Below, one piece after another: positions 54,040 to 64,000 of a DNA stretch of 64,000 nucleotides. Below the pieces are notes generated by a model. It saw only the letters and a list, made by a program, of their open reading frames with translations, did no database searches and was not told the DNA's origin. The stretch lies in the NCBI GenBank assembly GCA_028534125.1, contig CM052816.1:37636001-37700000 (forward strand), read 5' to 3'. How positions within the stretch are numbered: position 1 is the stretch's first letter; each line of letters opens with the position of its first letter. Position numbers and translations under genes: made by a program. This stretch comes from Lama glama. Lineage: Eukaryota.

Positions 54040-54380
54040 TGCTGATTTGGGCATGCTTCTCCAGCACCGTCCAGAATTCTCCCCCGCTGTCACTGATAAA
54101 AAGAACTCCCATTGGCTTGGCGGACCCAGCGCTTGTGGGTTTTGAAAGTCTTGGCACGCTGATGGGCCAAGGCCTCGGCACACTTACATAATCCAGATGT
54201 TCCCACGAGTAATTCTGGGCTCTAAGTGTCCTGACAGTACTTGCGTGGTTCATGTTAAGTTTTTCTTATCTGCTTAAGCCTTTTATTTTGTGGGGTTTTT
54301 TTCTTTTCGCTTTCTTGATTCTTTTCTCCCTTTCCACCTGCCTGCTCTCCAACTACGTCATACGTTATGCTCGGCACTGG
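54040..54380 (-). promoter_or_regulatory. CpG-retaining promoter/enhancer-like patch with CCAAT, GATA and CRE-like motifs and a minus-strand splice donor
   Basis: About 12 CpGs in ~320 bp against a strongly depleted background. Motifs: attgg (CCAAT on minus) 54111-54115, ctgataa 54093-54099, tacgtca 54354-54360, donor TAT|gtaagt at 54187-54182. Confidence 0.4.
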
Positions 54381-54554
54381 TGGTGGTGTGAGATTTGTCC
54401 TTTTACATGTCCTCAAAAAATACAGAATCTGAAGTCAAAAGTCCTTTGAGAAATACCCTCAGAAATTTCTTTACTACCTGATTCATGTCTAGTTTTTCCT
54501 CAGCATATTATATATTTAAGATTCTGCTCATTGTCTTGAACCTTTTATTAACCT

Positions 54555-54770
54555 TCCTCTCTCTTTCTCTCTCCCTCTGTCTCTCTTTCTGTCTCTCTGT
54601 CTCACTGGTGATGAACTGCAGCTTTCATTTGTCTTTCTTTGTTGAGCGTATGGATTACAATGCCACCTGTCCCACAGAGCTGTTCTGAGGATTAAATGGG
54701 AAAAACATATGAAGCGCTTTGATCATTACCTGGCATGTAATAAGAGCTCACTACATTTAGCTAAATAATT
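54555..54770 (+). mobile_element. MIR 3' part preceded by a (CT)n tract
   Basis: cctgtcccacagagctgttctgaggattaaatggg...gaagcgcttt...cctggcatgtaataagagctcact. Confidence 0.75.
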
Positions 54771-56259
54771 AACCGTACTAACATCATTATAATTAGTGCA
54801 CCTAAATTTTCTCTGCAATTAAAAATCATAGGAACACCGGCCATTAAAGAGAGCACACATGAGAAATCATTGAGCCTGGTGAGAGGCTTAGACCTGATAG
54901 ACCCTGCCGTAAGTAAACACAAAGAGGTTTATTCCCCTTTTAACTCCCTTTTGAGTATTTGGATTATGTTTAGGAAATAGATAATTTGAGTCAAGTTGTC
55001 TTTGACATTGCTCTAACAGGAGCTAATCTTCCTTTTCCCCAAAGAGAGATCAAACAACAGAATGAGTCTCGCCTGCACAAGACTATCCAGCTCTATTTTA
55101 ATTACAATTTTATGGTTACCTTCTATTAATAAAAAGTCATACTGATTTTCCATTTACAGTAGAATATTATAGTTTCCATTTATGGAAGAATATTATAGGC
55201 ATGCACATAATTCAAATTAGTTAAATTATTAAGGAAATAAGATAAATAATTTGTGGATGTCTCATCAATTATAAGGGTAGCACATGAATAAACTTAAGTT
55301 TGGGAAACACCAATATAGTCCAACATCTTTATTTTACGCAAGGAAATCTGAGTCCTTGAAAGATGTGGTTTATGCGAGATTAGGATCCAATCTTAATTAC
55401 TTAAAAACTTACTGATGTGCATCAACATCATACAGGTTTCATTATAGAGAATAATGTTCCATGGGTTCTCATTCTAACTCTATTAGGCAATTTGAGTTTT
55501 TGTAGAGCAGGAATTCTTATCACTATATAGGACTCATGTGCCTACTTTCCAAAAAGGACTCAATAACATTTAACCTGATCTCAAAAAGGAAAAAAGGAAA
55601 AAAATGGCTAACAAAATAAAAATTTTTAAAGAGATGAATTCTTAAATCTAGATTACTTTTAAGCTAAGATACAGAAATGCCATGTTCATAAACACACTGG
55701 ACTATGTAATTGATTATCACTGATGGAGCTACTACATTTGAAATTTGTTCTATGGAGCATACAGGGTAGACTACAAAATAGTAAAGAAAAAGGGTTTTCT
55801 ATTCATATAAATTATTTAGAGAAATGATACACATCTCAAACATCGCTAGCTAAAATATCATAGAAACTGAAACCTGAAATTTTTGCTCACATTAAAAAAA
55901 ATCTAATTCAATATTAAATTGCCTGGTAAATTATAGACTAGAAGTTAAAGGTCAATCTGATAACTGATGATTTGGTGTTATAAAGGAAAATAATTTCTTT
56001 AGAAAGGAAGAACTAAATCTTTTCAACCCTAGCAGTTTTCAAGCAGTTTTACAGCTGTTTAAAATAAAATTAAAGGAAAATGAGAAAGTGTTGCAAAACT
56101 AATTTTCTGAACTGGTGAAAAATTATAAAAGTTCCCATATTTTTTCAAGATTAAGGTAGAGAATTAGTTAATCAGCATTGCTATAAGAATATCCACATGT
56201 TGTGTAACTTTGAAATATGTCTATATGAGTGCATGATATATGAATTAATTTATAATGAT

Positions 56260-56430
56260 ATCTTTATTGACTGCTTACTTGGCAGTCACTGGGATTAACA
56301 GTTTGAAATAATTATTACAATATTCTGCAATACTCTAATAGAGGAGGAAACCAAGGTATAGACTTACTAAAGCCAGGTCCAAATGTGAACCCAGGTCTGG
56401 CTCCAAAGCCATGAATCTCAACTGTACTCT
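56260..56430 (-). mobile_element. MIR fragment
   Basis: agaggaggaaaccaaggtatag...tgtgaacccaggtctggctccaaagcc. Confidence 0.6.
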
Positions 56431-56899
56431 TATTTTTGCTGACTTACATTTATATTCATGCTTTACATCATGTTTTTATCCTAAAAATAAAATTTCTTAC
56501 ATCTTTGAGTTTTCTGGACTGCAGTTGATTTTTTTGGCTTTAACTCAGAACTTAAACTACTTTGATATGTTTTAAAGTAACATTTTATTCTTTGTAATTG
56601 GAAAAGTAGATGCAAAATGCATTTGTCTTTTTATGATCGATTATCATAGATTTAAAGTTAGTTATTAATACTATGTTGCTTTTTTTTCTGTCCTTGAATT
56701 GTTTTGAGTTTGTATTTTAAATAGTTTTAGGGAGGAGTCCTTGTTCAGCACATTCATGGGAGAAAGATCAAGATGGCAGGAGGTTATCAGAACAGCTTTT
56801 GTGCAGAATGGTTAGTGAAACTGAGTTTGTCTAAAATAAAACAAAAATGGGAGGACGATAAAAGTAAAGGAGCATGACTGCTGTCTTTACAAACACTAT

Positions 56900-57105
56900 T
56901 GTCTATAATAGTCAGAAAGGATCTTCACATAAATGAACTCAATCCTCAAAACAACTACAGGAATTATAAAAGGAAAGGTATTGTTACTTTAGTGTGATAA
57001 TTGAAACAAGTAAGGTCAAAAGAGTTCAAGTCCTTCAGCAATATGACACAATTAGCAACATGGCAAGTTTTACATTTGAACTGAGATTTTCTGACTCCAA
57101 ATTCT
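56900..57105 (-). mobile_element. MIR fragment
   Basis: aatcctcaaaacaactac...gaaacaagtaaggtcaaaagagttcaag...tttgaactgagattttctgactccaaa. Confidence 0.55.
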
Positions 57106-57429
57106 ACATGTGTATGTGTGCATGTGTGCAAAATATCACAGGTGTCCTGGTTAAAATATATGAGATTGTGGGTAAAAATAAGGAGGGTCTTTCTAATAAT
57201 GATGACTATTTCCTAAAGATAAAAGGTATTTTCCTAGAAAAAAACTTTTCTTTTGTAATTGTAGCTGTTTAATTACATTTGATTACCCCTTGGAAGGGCT
57301 ATCTTAAAAAGAGAATAAGATAGTGAACGAATGTAATGTTCAATGGTGAGTGACAGTAATACTAGGTGACTAGAAACTTCTGCTCAGTTATGGAACTCAA
57401 TAATTATTTGAGATTTCATCATATTTCCT

Positions 57430-57635
57430 GGTTTTGATTATGAAATGTTTAAAATATATGCAAAAGGATAGAAAGTAATAAAACAAATAACCACTTACCC
57501 AACACCCAAGTTAATAAGTTACCATTTTATTCAGATCATTTTAAAAGATAGCACTGAAGAGCCTCAATTAAAATTCCCCTTGACCCCACCCCTCCCTTTC
57601 ACCTCTCTTTCCCAGAATGTTACCATAATCTATGA
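57430..57635 (-). mobile_element. Old L1ME/MC 3'-end fragment
   Basis: ttttgattatgaaatgtttaaaatatatgcaaaag...aaccacttacccaacaccca...ctctttcccaga. Confidence 0.55.
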
Positions 57636-57777
57636 TCCATTTCATTTCATTTCACATATATATATGAAATAAATATATATGAAGTGGAATCATACATATA
57701 CAAAATTATATACATGAATTTATATATACATATACATATATGTGTGTGTGTGTATATATATAATTATCAACATGGGT

Positions 57778-58140
57778 TGTCAAAAACTGTGTTGAGTCTG
57801 AAATACCACTCCACTCGCATGCTAAAAAGTTAGCCTGCCACATTTCACAGATCCTAGTAGAAAAAGGATGTTATTATATGCAGCAATAACCGTAGACAGA
57901 GTAATAGCATTTTCATGCATTGTCTTCCCAAATCCTAGTTATCAAGGGTAATTTAGAGAAGGACAAGGAGCCCTGCACTTGTGGGGAATACTATTCCAGG
58001 AGAGGAAACTTGAGCTTAGGGATCCCAAATCTTTTACAATGGACAGTAGACATGTCTGCCTTTCACTCCACTGGGAGACTGTGTTGCTATCTTTGAAGGA
58101 TGTTCCCTATAAAGGAAATCCTTGAAAGGATAGTACAGTA
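57778..58140 (-). mobile_element. ERVL LTR (MER54/MER73/MER74/LTR53 group)
   Basis: tgtcaaaaactgtg...gctaaaaagttagcctgccaca...tgagcttagggatcccaaatcttttacaatgg...atccttgaaaggatagt. Confidence 0.7.
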
Positions 58141-59684
58141 TAGTTTGGGATGATTTATGTAACAGCATTACTTTTGCTCTATTTTATATCATATTGTGCA
58201 TGGGAAGAAAATAATTTAAGATCAGAGACATCGACTTGGCCACCACTTTTGAATTATTCTTTTCATATAAGAAATTTTTAATTCTATTTGATTCAAATTA
58301 TTGTATGTACCTTAGTTCCTGAACCTCATAAATTCATATATATACACATCAGCAGTATATTTCTGCAAGAGTTCTTTAATGTTACAGCAAGTATAGTGAC
58401 TTAAATATGTGGTAGTTAATCCTTTTGACAGGATTTTAAATTTGCTAAGGGACAGGATGAATTATTATCTCTAAAAGAAAGTACTATAATAACTGCAATA
58501 AATGGAAATTTTATTATTATGCCATTCTCCTAAGTCTATTCAAACAGTTATTTAGTATGCCAAAAAGTACAATTATGATTACCCAGTTTTATCCTAAATT
58601 GGCATTGGGCTGTGCAGTATGAGCCAAAAGAAAAAAGAAAGAAAAAAAAATTTGTAAACAATATTTAATGTGTTACTGCAGAAATGAAATAAAATGTGAT
58701 ATGTATATTTTCTTCCTTATTGCCTGGGAAGTTTGTTCCCCATAAGATATTAATGACTTCGCAAATAAGAAAACACAATCAGTTTGGGAACTTACCTTGA
58801 TACAATCAAGGCTGGACAAGTGTCACAGTACCTTCTGGTCTGGGAATACTCAAGATGCTGAAATTGGAAATCATGGATAAAACCACCTCTGGGAGAAGCC
58901 CCGTCTGTTCTTTTCATCTTATTTAGGAAAGTAAAGATAAATATCATCTTACAGGAAAAGAGCATTCAAGTATAACTCTGAACATCCAGAAGAGAAACAA
59001 CCAGACATCTTCACATTACTAGATGATCAGAGAACGTTCTGTGATAAAATCAAATTTTATCTAAATTCAAGGAACTATTCAGAAGGAATATTTTCTTTCT
59101 GTATGATTTTAATACTAACAAGATCACATTGTACAACTTCATGTACATCATAATGATTTCTTATAGCTGTTTAAACTTTTAGTAATATATTTACATATGG
59201 TTCAAGACTGGTGTTTAGTAAAATTACTGGACATGTAATCATTAGAAAGTCTTCATCTATAGAGTTAGTATTTTGGCTCTTTGAAAATGGTAATGCACAG
59301 TTTTTTTTTTGATTCAAATTATAATTGGTTAAAGAAATGCATTAAATCTCTATTAGGGGTGGCATGATACTAATAAGCATGATACTTCTGTTGTCTCTTT
59401 TGTTTGTATTAACAGTCTAGTAACCGTACACTACTTTCTCTTATTTACAGACCATTTCAATTATAAACACATATCCATCTCTCTCACAGCTTCATTATCT
59501 AAGATATAATCATGTTTTGCTTAGTCCAGCTTATTAGTCTGTTTTCTAGACCAAAGGACATTTCTGAACTGATTTCCTCATATAAAATATAAAGAAATAG
59601 ACTAGATTATTTCTAAGCTTCTTCTATTTTTTGATTCTCTGATGGCGTGAAATAGACAATTTTTGAGCAGAAGAGTAGAGTGGA

Positions 59685-59880
59685 AAAGCCAGGGGTTTGG
59701 CTCCACCATTTATCTCTGTGACCTTGATCAAATGGCCTCATGTCTCTCAGCCTCAGTGTCCTCAATTACAAACAATAAATAAGGACATTGTGAGGGAAGT
59801 TAAATGTGATTATGTGTATATAGTATTTAGCTTACTTTCTGGCATGTGTAGTGAAGCTCAAAAAAGTGGTAGCTGTTTTA
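59685..59880 (+). mobile_element. MIR SINE
   Basis: ggctccaccatttatctctgtgaccttgatcaaatggcctcatgtctctcagcctcagtgtcctca...gtgagggaagttaaatgtgat. Confidence 0.8.
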
Positions 59881-60219
59881 ATTAGTGTCGGTAGTAGATT
59901 TCTGGTAATTATATGTGAAAGACAAGTAGGCAAGGGCAAGCTTTGCTGGGATATTTGGACAAAATTCTTAGGGAAACGTGCAGGTCCTAACAGGATTAAG
60001 AAAGGGAGTGACATGTTCCTATTTGCACTTTATAGCTGTCACTGGGATAATATTAAGGAGGCCAAATGAAAAGGCTACATTGAAAATGTTTCTGTCATTA
60101 ACTATTTTGAAAAGTATCCCAGATTCTGTAATTTGGCTTATAGTGACCCATCTTTGATTAAAATTTGACCAGGTCAGTTTTAACCAGTTGTCATATCCCA
60201 CCTTTCTGGACTGTATTAC

Positions 60220-60440
60220 TTTATAAGTAGGTACAAGGTCCAGCTCAGAGCAGCCAAAGAAAGGAGACTGTATTCTGGGCCTTTTTCTATTTAATAAGCG
60301 ATTTTTCTCTTTCTTACTGGAGTTTACTGTAGAAGGTTATAGCTTCAGAAACTCCTGACAGCCATCTTGTGGCAACAAAAAGGGGAAAAAAAGGCCAAGA
60401 ATGGAATCAACACCACCCAAAATGATGAAAGCCTGGACTG
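60220..60440 (+). mobile_element. Old MaLR LTR remnant (MLT1K/L-like)
   Basis: cagccatcttgtggcaac...gaatggaatcaacac motifs. Confidence 0.45.
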
Positions 60441-60479
60441 ATGAAGTAGCGGTGGATATAGCTTTATGTTTTGTCATAA

Positions 60480-60650
60480 AGATTAGAGAAGACAATAGTA
60501 TGGACTTACTAGTATTTGGTTCATTTGGAGAAGATGGTTCAGAAGGAAAGAGTAGATAATGGTCCCTAGGTTTCTCACTTATGCAGCTATATGGATGGTG
60601 GTGCCATTTGCTGAGACAGGGAACACTGAAGGAGCATAGGATAAGGAATA
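60480..60650 (-). mobile_element. LINE-2 fragment followed by (TAGG)n
   Basis: ctaggtttctcacttatgcagc...ggatggtggtgccatttgctgagacagggaacactgaaggag. Confidence 0.7.
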
Positions 60651-61310
60651 ATCAGATAGGTAGGTAGGTAGGTAGGTGGATTCATTTTAGAATCCTCTAT
60701 CAGTCAAGTTTCAATTCAGGAAATAGGAAACAAAAACCACTCCCAGTAGTTCAAATGGAAAGGAATTTAATTCAGAGTTAGATGCTTACCAAATCATGGA
60801 AGAGTCTGCAGATGTTGAGAGTCAAGGTAGATCATGTTCTGTTGATTACAAGGTCATTTCCCCGTAGTTCAGATCTAGAGATCAGGAAGTTGCAACCTGG
60901 ACTTTGACTCTCCACATTAGGGTCTCTCACATCCATGCAACTTCTCACCACGTGCCGGTGGTGTCCACTGTTACACTCACTCACTTCTGTCTCACCTGGA
61001 TTGTCAGAAAGCATGACAGAAGGCAGGTAATCTTCACCTCATCCATATCCACCAAATATTAAATCAGGACATCTCATCTCCAGGATCAAAATCAAATCTA
61101 GAAATTTATTTGCAAAAAATGTACAATCTCTGTGATACAGGCAGGCAGATGCTATGTGACAAGAGATCATCTCTAGTTAAAGCGCTTGTGGTCTTTAGAG
61201 GCAAATGACTATAAACAATTGGATATATAGGTCTAAAACTTGCATATACATGTTTCAGAATGTATACAGTTTGTAAGATGGATCAGAAAAGATGAACCAT
61301 TGTTCTGAAC

Positions 61311-62097
61311 TGTTACATACCTACCTAACCCCTTCAGACCAGGTACTTTAGGCTGAAAATCAAAGAAAAGAGCATCTCCCTGGCTACAAAATCCTGTGTT
61401 TGCTTCCCACAAAGGGACTGAGTTGTCATTAGGGGAGCTGGAAGTCTTAATCCAAGGTCCGTGTTGTGAGATCCCATATGGCGTTCAGGCAATCATCAGA
61501 TTGTAACAGAGCATGTCTGGGCAGGCACATGTACTTTTTCTTCCGAGGAGAGAATAACTTTAATCAGAATACTTAACACAGTAAAAAGTAAGAGCCATCA
61601 TTTGGAATTTCTTTTAACCCAATACAAGAGGTACTGCTAATAAACCTCAAATTGGGTCAGAAGAGGGCTCTTCAGGTCATTGACTGTCAGTAGAAAGCTC
61701 AGTCTCTGCAGGAGAACTGTGGAGCACATTTACTTCGTCAGTGAGGAGAGCAACGGGGAGGTCAGGACTTTTGTCACAACATAAGTTCTATCAACAGGAA
61801 ATTGGATCAGCCTCGGAAGATTGGATCTGAGGAGGGACTCATACTAATTGAGCTTATTCTGGGGAGCAGGAATGACAAGGGGGATACTGAGTCCTTGAAA
61901 TCTCAGGCCTCTATGCTACTTCCATAAAAGTCAATTCTGTTTGACTGTTTCTTGATTCAAATACCAACTTTGTCAGTGAGAGTAGAGTCTTGATTACCTC
62001 ATGTTTCCCCCCACGCAGTAGGAGTTTGGTACCTGCAGAAAGGTAACCTCACCCTCAGTTCTTGTGTTCTGTCTGGCACAAGGTCTAGGAGTTAACA
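61311..62097. mobile_element. Possible ancient solo LTR (family not recognised)
   Basis: ~790-bp GC-richer block bounded by TGTTAC...GTTAACA. No TSD seen. Confidence 0.3.
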
Positions 62098-64000
62098 CAG
62101 CACAAACTACTTGGTGAAGTTTCTTTATCTTGGCATCAAAAATTGAAGAACATTTTTGGGATCCAAATTATTTGATAACAAAAATATACAGGCTCCAAGC
62201 TATGTAAAGCTGTGTAAATACGTTGGGATTAAGTTCACTTTTTAAAATGGGTGAATAAGAGGGAGAGGCACAGAGAGAGTAGAATGAGCTAAGGCAGAGA
62301 GATGAGAAAGAGCTTGCAAAAGAAAAGAGAAAAAAGAAAGACAAAGTTCAGTAAAAACGCACAGTTTATGATTTACAATAATAATGATACTAGCAGAAAG
62401 GCTTCCCAACAGAAAGACGTAGGGAAACCCATGTCGTGTTCCTTTTTGAGGTCAGTCGCCCTGTCTCTTCCCCAAAATGCTGTTGAGAAGCACTCATCCT
62501 GAAATGTAATCAGTGTAAAACATGGTAGACTGTGGGAAATTATGACATGTCGTAAAAGAGTATTTGAAAATTTTGAGAAGAAGTAACGTTAAATACTAAA
62601 AGGTAATGAAGGACACAAAATGGAGCGCTCTGTGAAACATTTCTCCAGAATTAGAAAAGCAGAAAACAGACGTGCTGTCATGGTGTCCTGAACACATGTG
62701 ACTGTTTACCACACTGATAGACTCAAGTCTTCCCTCTGTCCTGGCACGCGGACTCCTTCAGGGAAGGGTGACTGTGGAAGCGACCATGCCTTCTTGAAGT
62801 GCATTCTGGCGTCTTTCAGCTCACAGATTCACCGAGTTAAAACAGTTTTTGATTTTTACGATTTTTAAGTGGCTTTCCCACCTGGGGTGATAATATGGTG
62901 ACCAACTAATAATAGATGCGTTCTGACCTGCTTAACAGTAATATTTCATGTGTGAATTAATTAATTAGTTTTCTGTCATAAAGAAAATCACATGTAAGTG
63001 TGGGTTGCAAAAACCAGGTTTCCCAGAGTTTCATGAGCTCAGTAGAAGCTCAGTATGAGAGGCGAGGGCCTTGTATATGTGGAAAACATACTAAAGTCCA
63101 GGAATTAGTTAATTCCAGTGTATACGCTAGAGCTACTGAGTGACCGTAAACACTTAGTTTTCAAGAAAATAAATGTGTCTTATTGGGACTTTAATGAAAT
63201 AAATATAATCATTTTCTTTTTACTGAAAACAGCACAGATTAAGGCCATAATGCTTTAAATTAATGGGAAAGTGTCGTTGTATTTAAACAGCAAAGAAAAA
63301 TAATCAGTATCTGCAGACTTACTGTCTGTTGATCTGCTTTAAATGACTCTCTCAAATAGTTCGGTTCACAAACCTCACCTAACACAAGTACAAACCTGAT
63401 GTAAATATCTACAGGTTAATTGAACGACTGTAGTCATTCCTTGAGCTAGTTATTTGAATTTGAATTTGGCATGTGTGATGTATTATTTTCGCTTACTTTA
63501 GGGTAACGAGTCTACTTGGCAGGGATCCTAATGACCGATGACTGGCACTGTAAAGATTTTCCTAACAGAGTGATCATACAGAAACACGACTGAGAAGCAA
63601 ACAGTTGGGGTGGAAATAAGTAAGCCTTCAGCTGAGAATGTGCATTATGCAAGACCAATTCCATGAGCTGACTATAAACAGACACCAATATCAGGTTTCT
63701 AATGCTTTCTGGCTTAGGGTTCATTTTCTGCCAAGAAATGAAAGTCATTCGGAATTGTCCCCAGAAATTAATCTTCTGCTATGTGTTAAATCATATGTAT
63801 GAACTAGGCACAGGAAGCTGATGCAATAGTTTGTACCTTGAAGTCAGAAAATTTACCAATGTGCATGCTTTTTATAGTCGGTTTAACAGAGAGCAGACCC
63901 TTGGCTCCACACGAGGTATACATTAATAGCCTATCCTGAACATTCTGCATTCTTTACCTGCCTCTCATTCCCCGTTCACAGTCATCATTTTCTTCATCTT

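Noticed and set aside
1..64000. Prokaryotic-type systems (CRISPR arrays, operons, defence islands), NUMTs, processed pseudogenes, rRNA/snRNA copies
   Set aside because: The DNA is mammalian and repeat-rich, with no regularly spaced repeat-spacer arrays, long ORFs or recognisable RNA-gene or mitochondrial sequence seen by eye.

Overview
AT-rich, CpG-depleted placental-mammal genomic DNA, most likely camelid (alpaca/llama/camel), judged from a Vic-1-type tRNA-Ala-derived SINE at ~7.4 kb and the absence of recognisable Alu, BovA/BovB, PRE-1 or CanSINE copies. It reads as a large intron or intergenic region. It holds decayed LINE-1 copies (one near-full-length with an internal deletion at 13.1-18.7 kb), L2, MIR, MaLR/ERVL LTRs, MER5-type hAT MITEs and microsatellites. 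I recognise no host protein-coding gene. The only ORF-track entries with recognisable homology are L1 ORF1/ORF2 relics. The signals most worth checking are a locally duplicated 105-bp pre-miRNA-like hairpin (29.7 and 36.7 kb), a ~145-bp palindrome (27.8 kb), a CpG-retaining promoter-like patch with a minus-strand donor (54.0-54.4 kb), a phase-compatible chain of four candidate minus-strand exons, and a candidate 18-nt microexon. I see no evidence of a new multi-gene system. Repeat subfamily names and boundaries are by-eye estimates from remembered consensus sequences.
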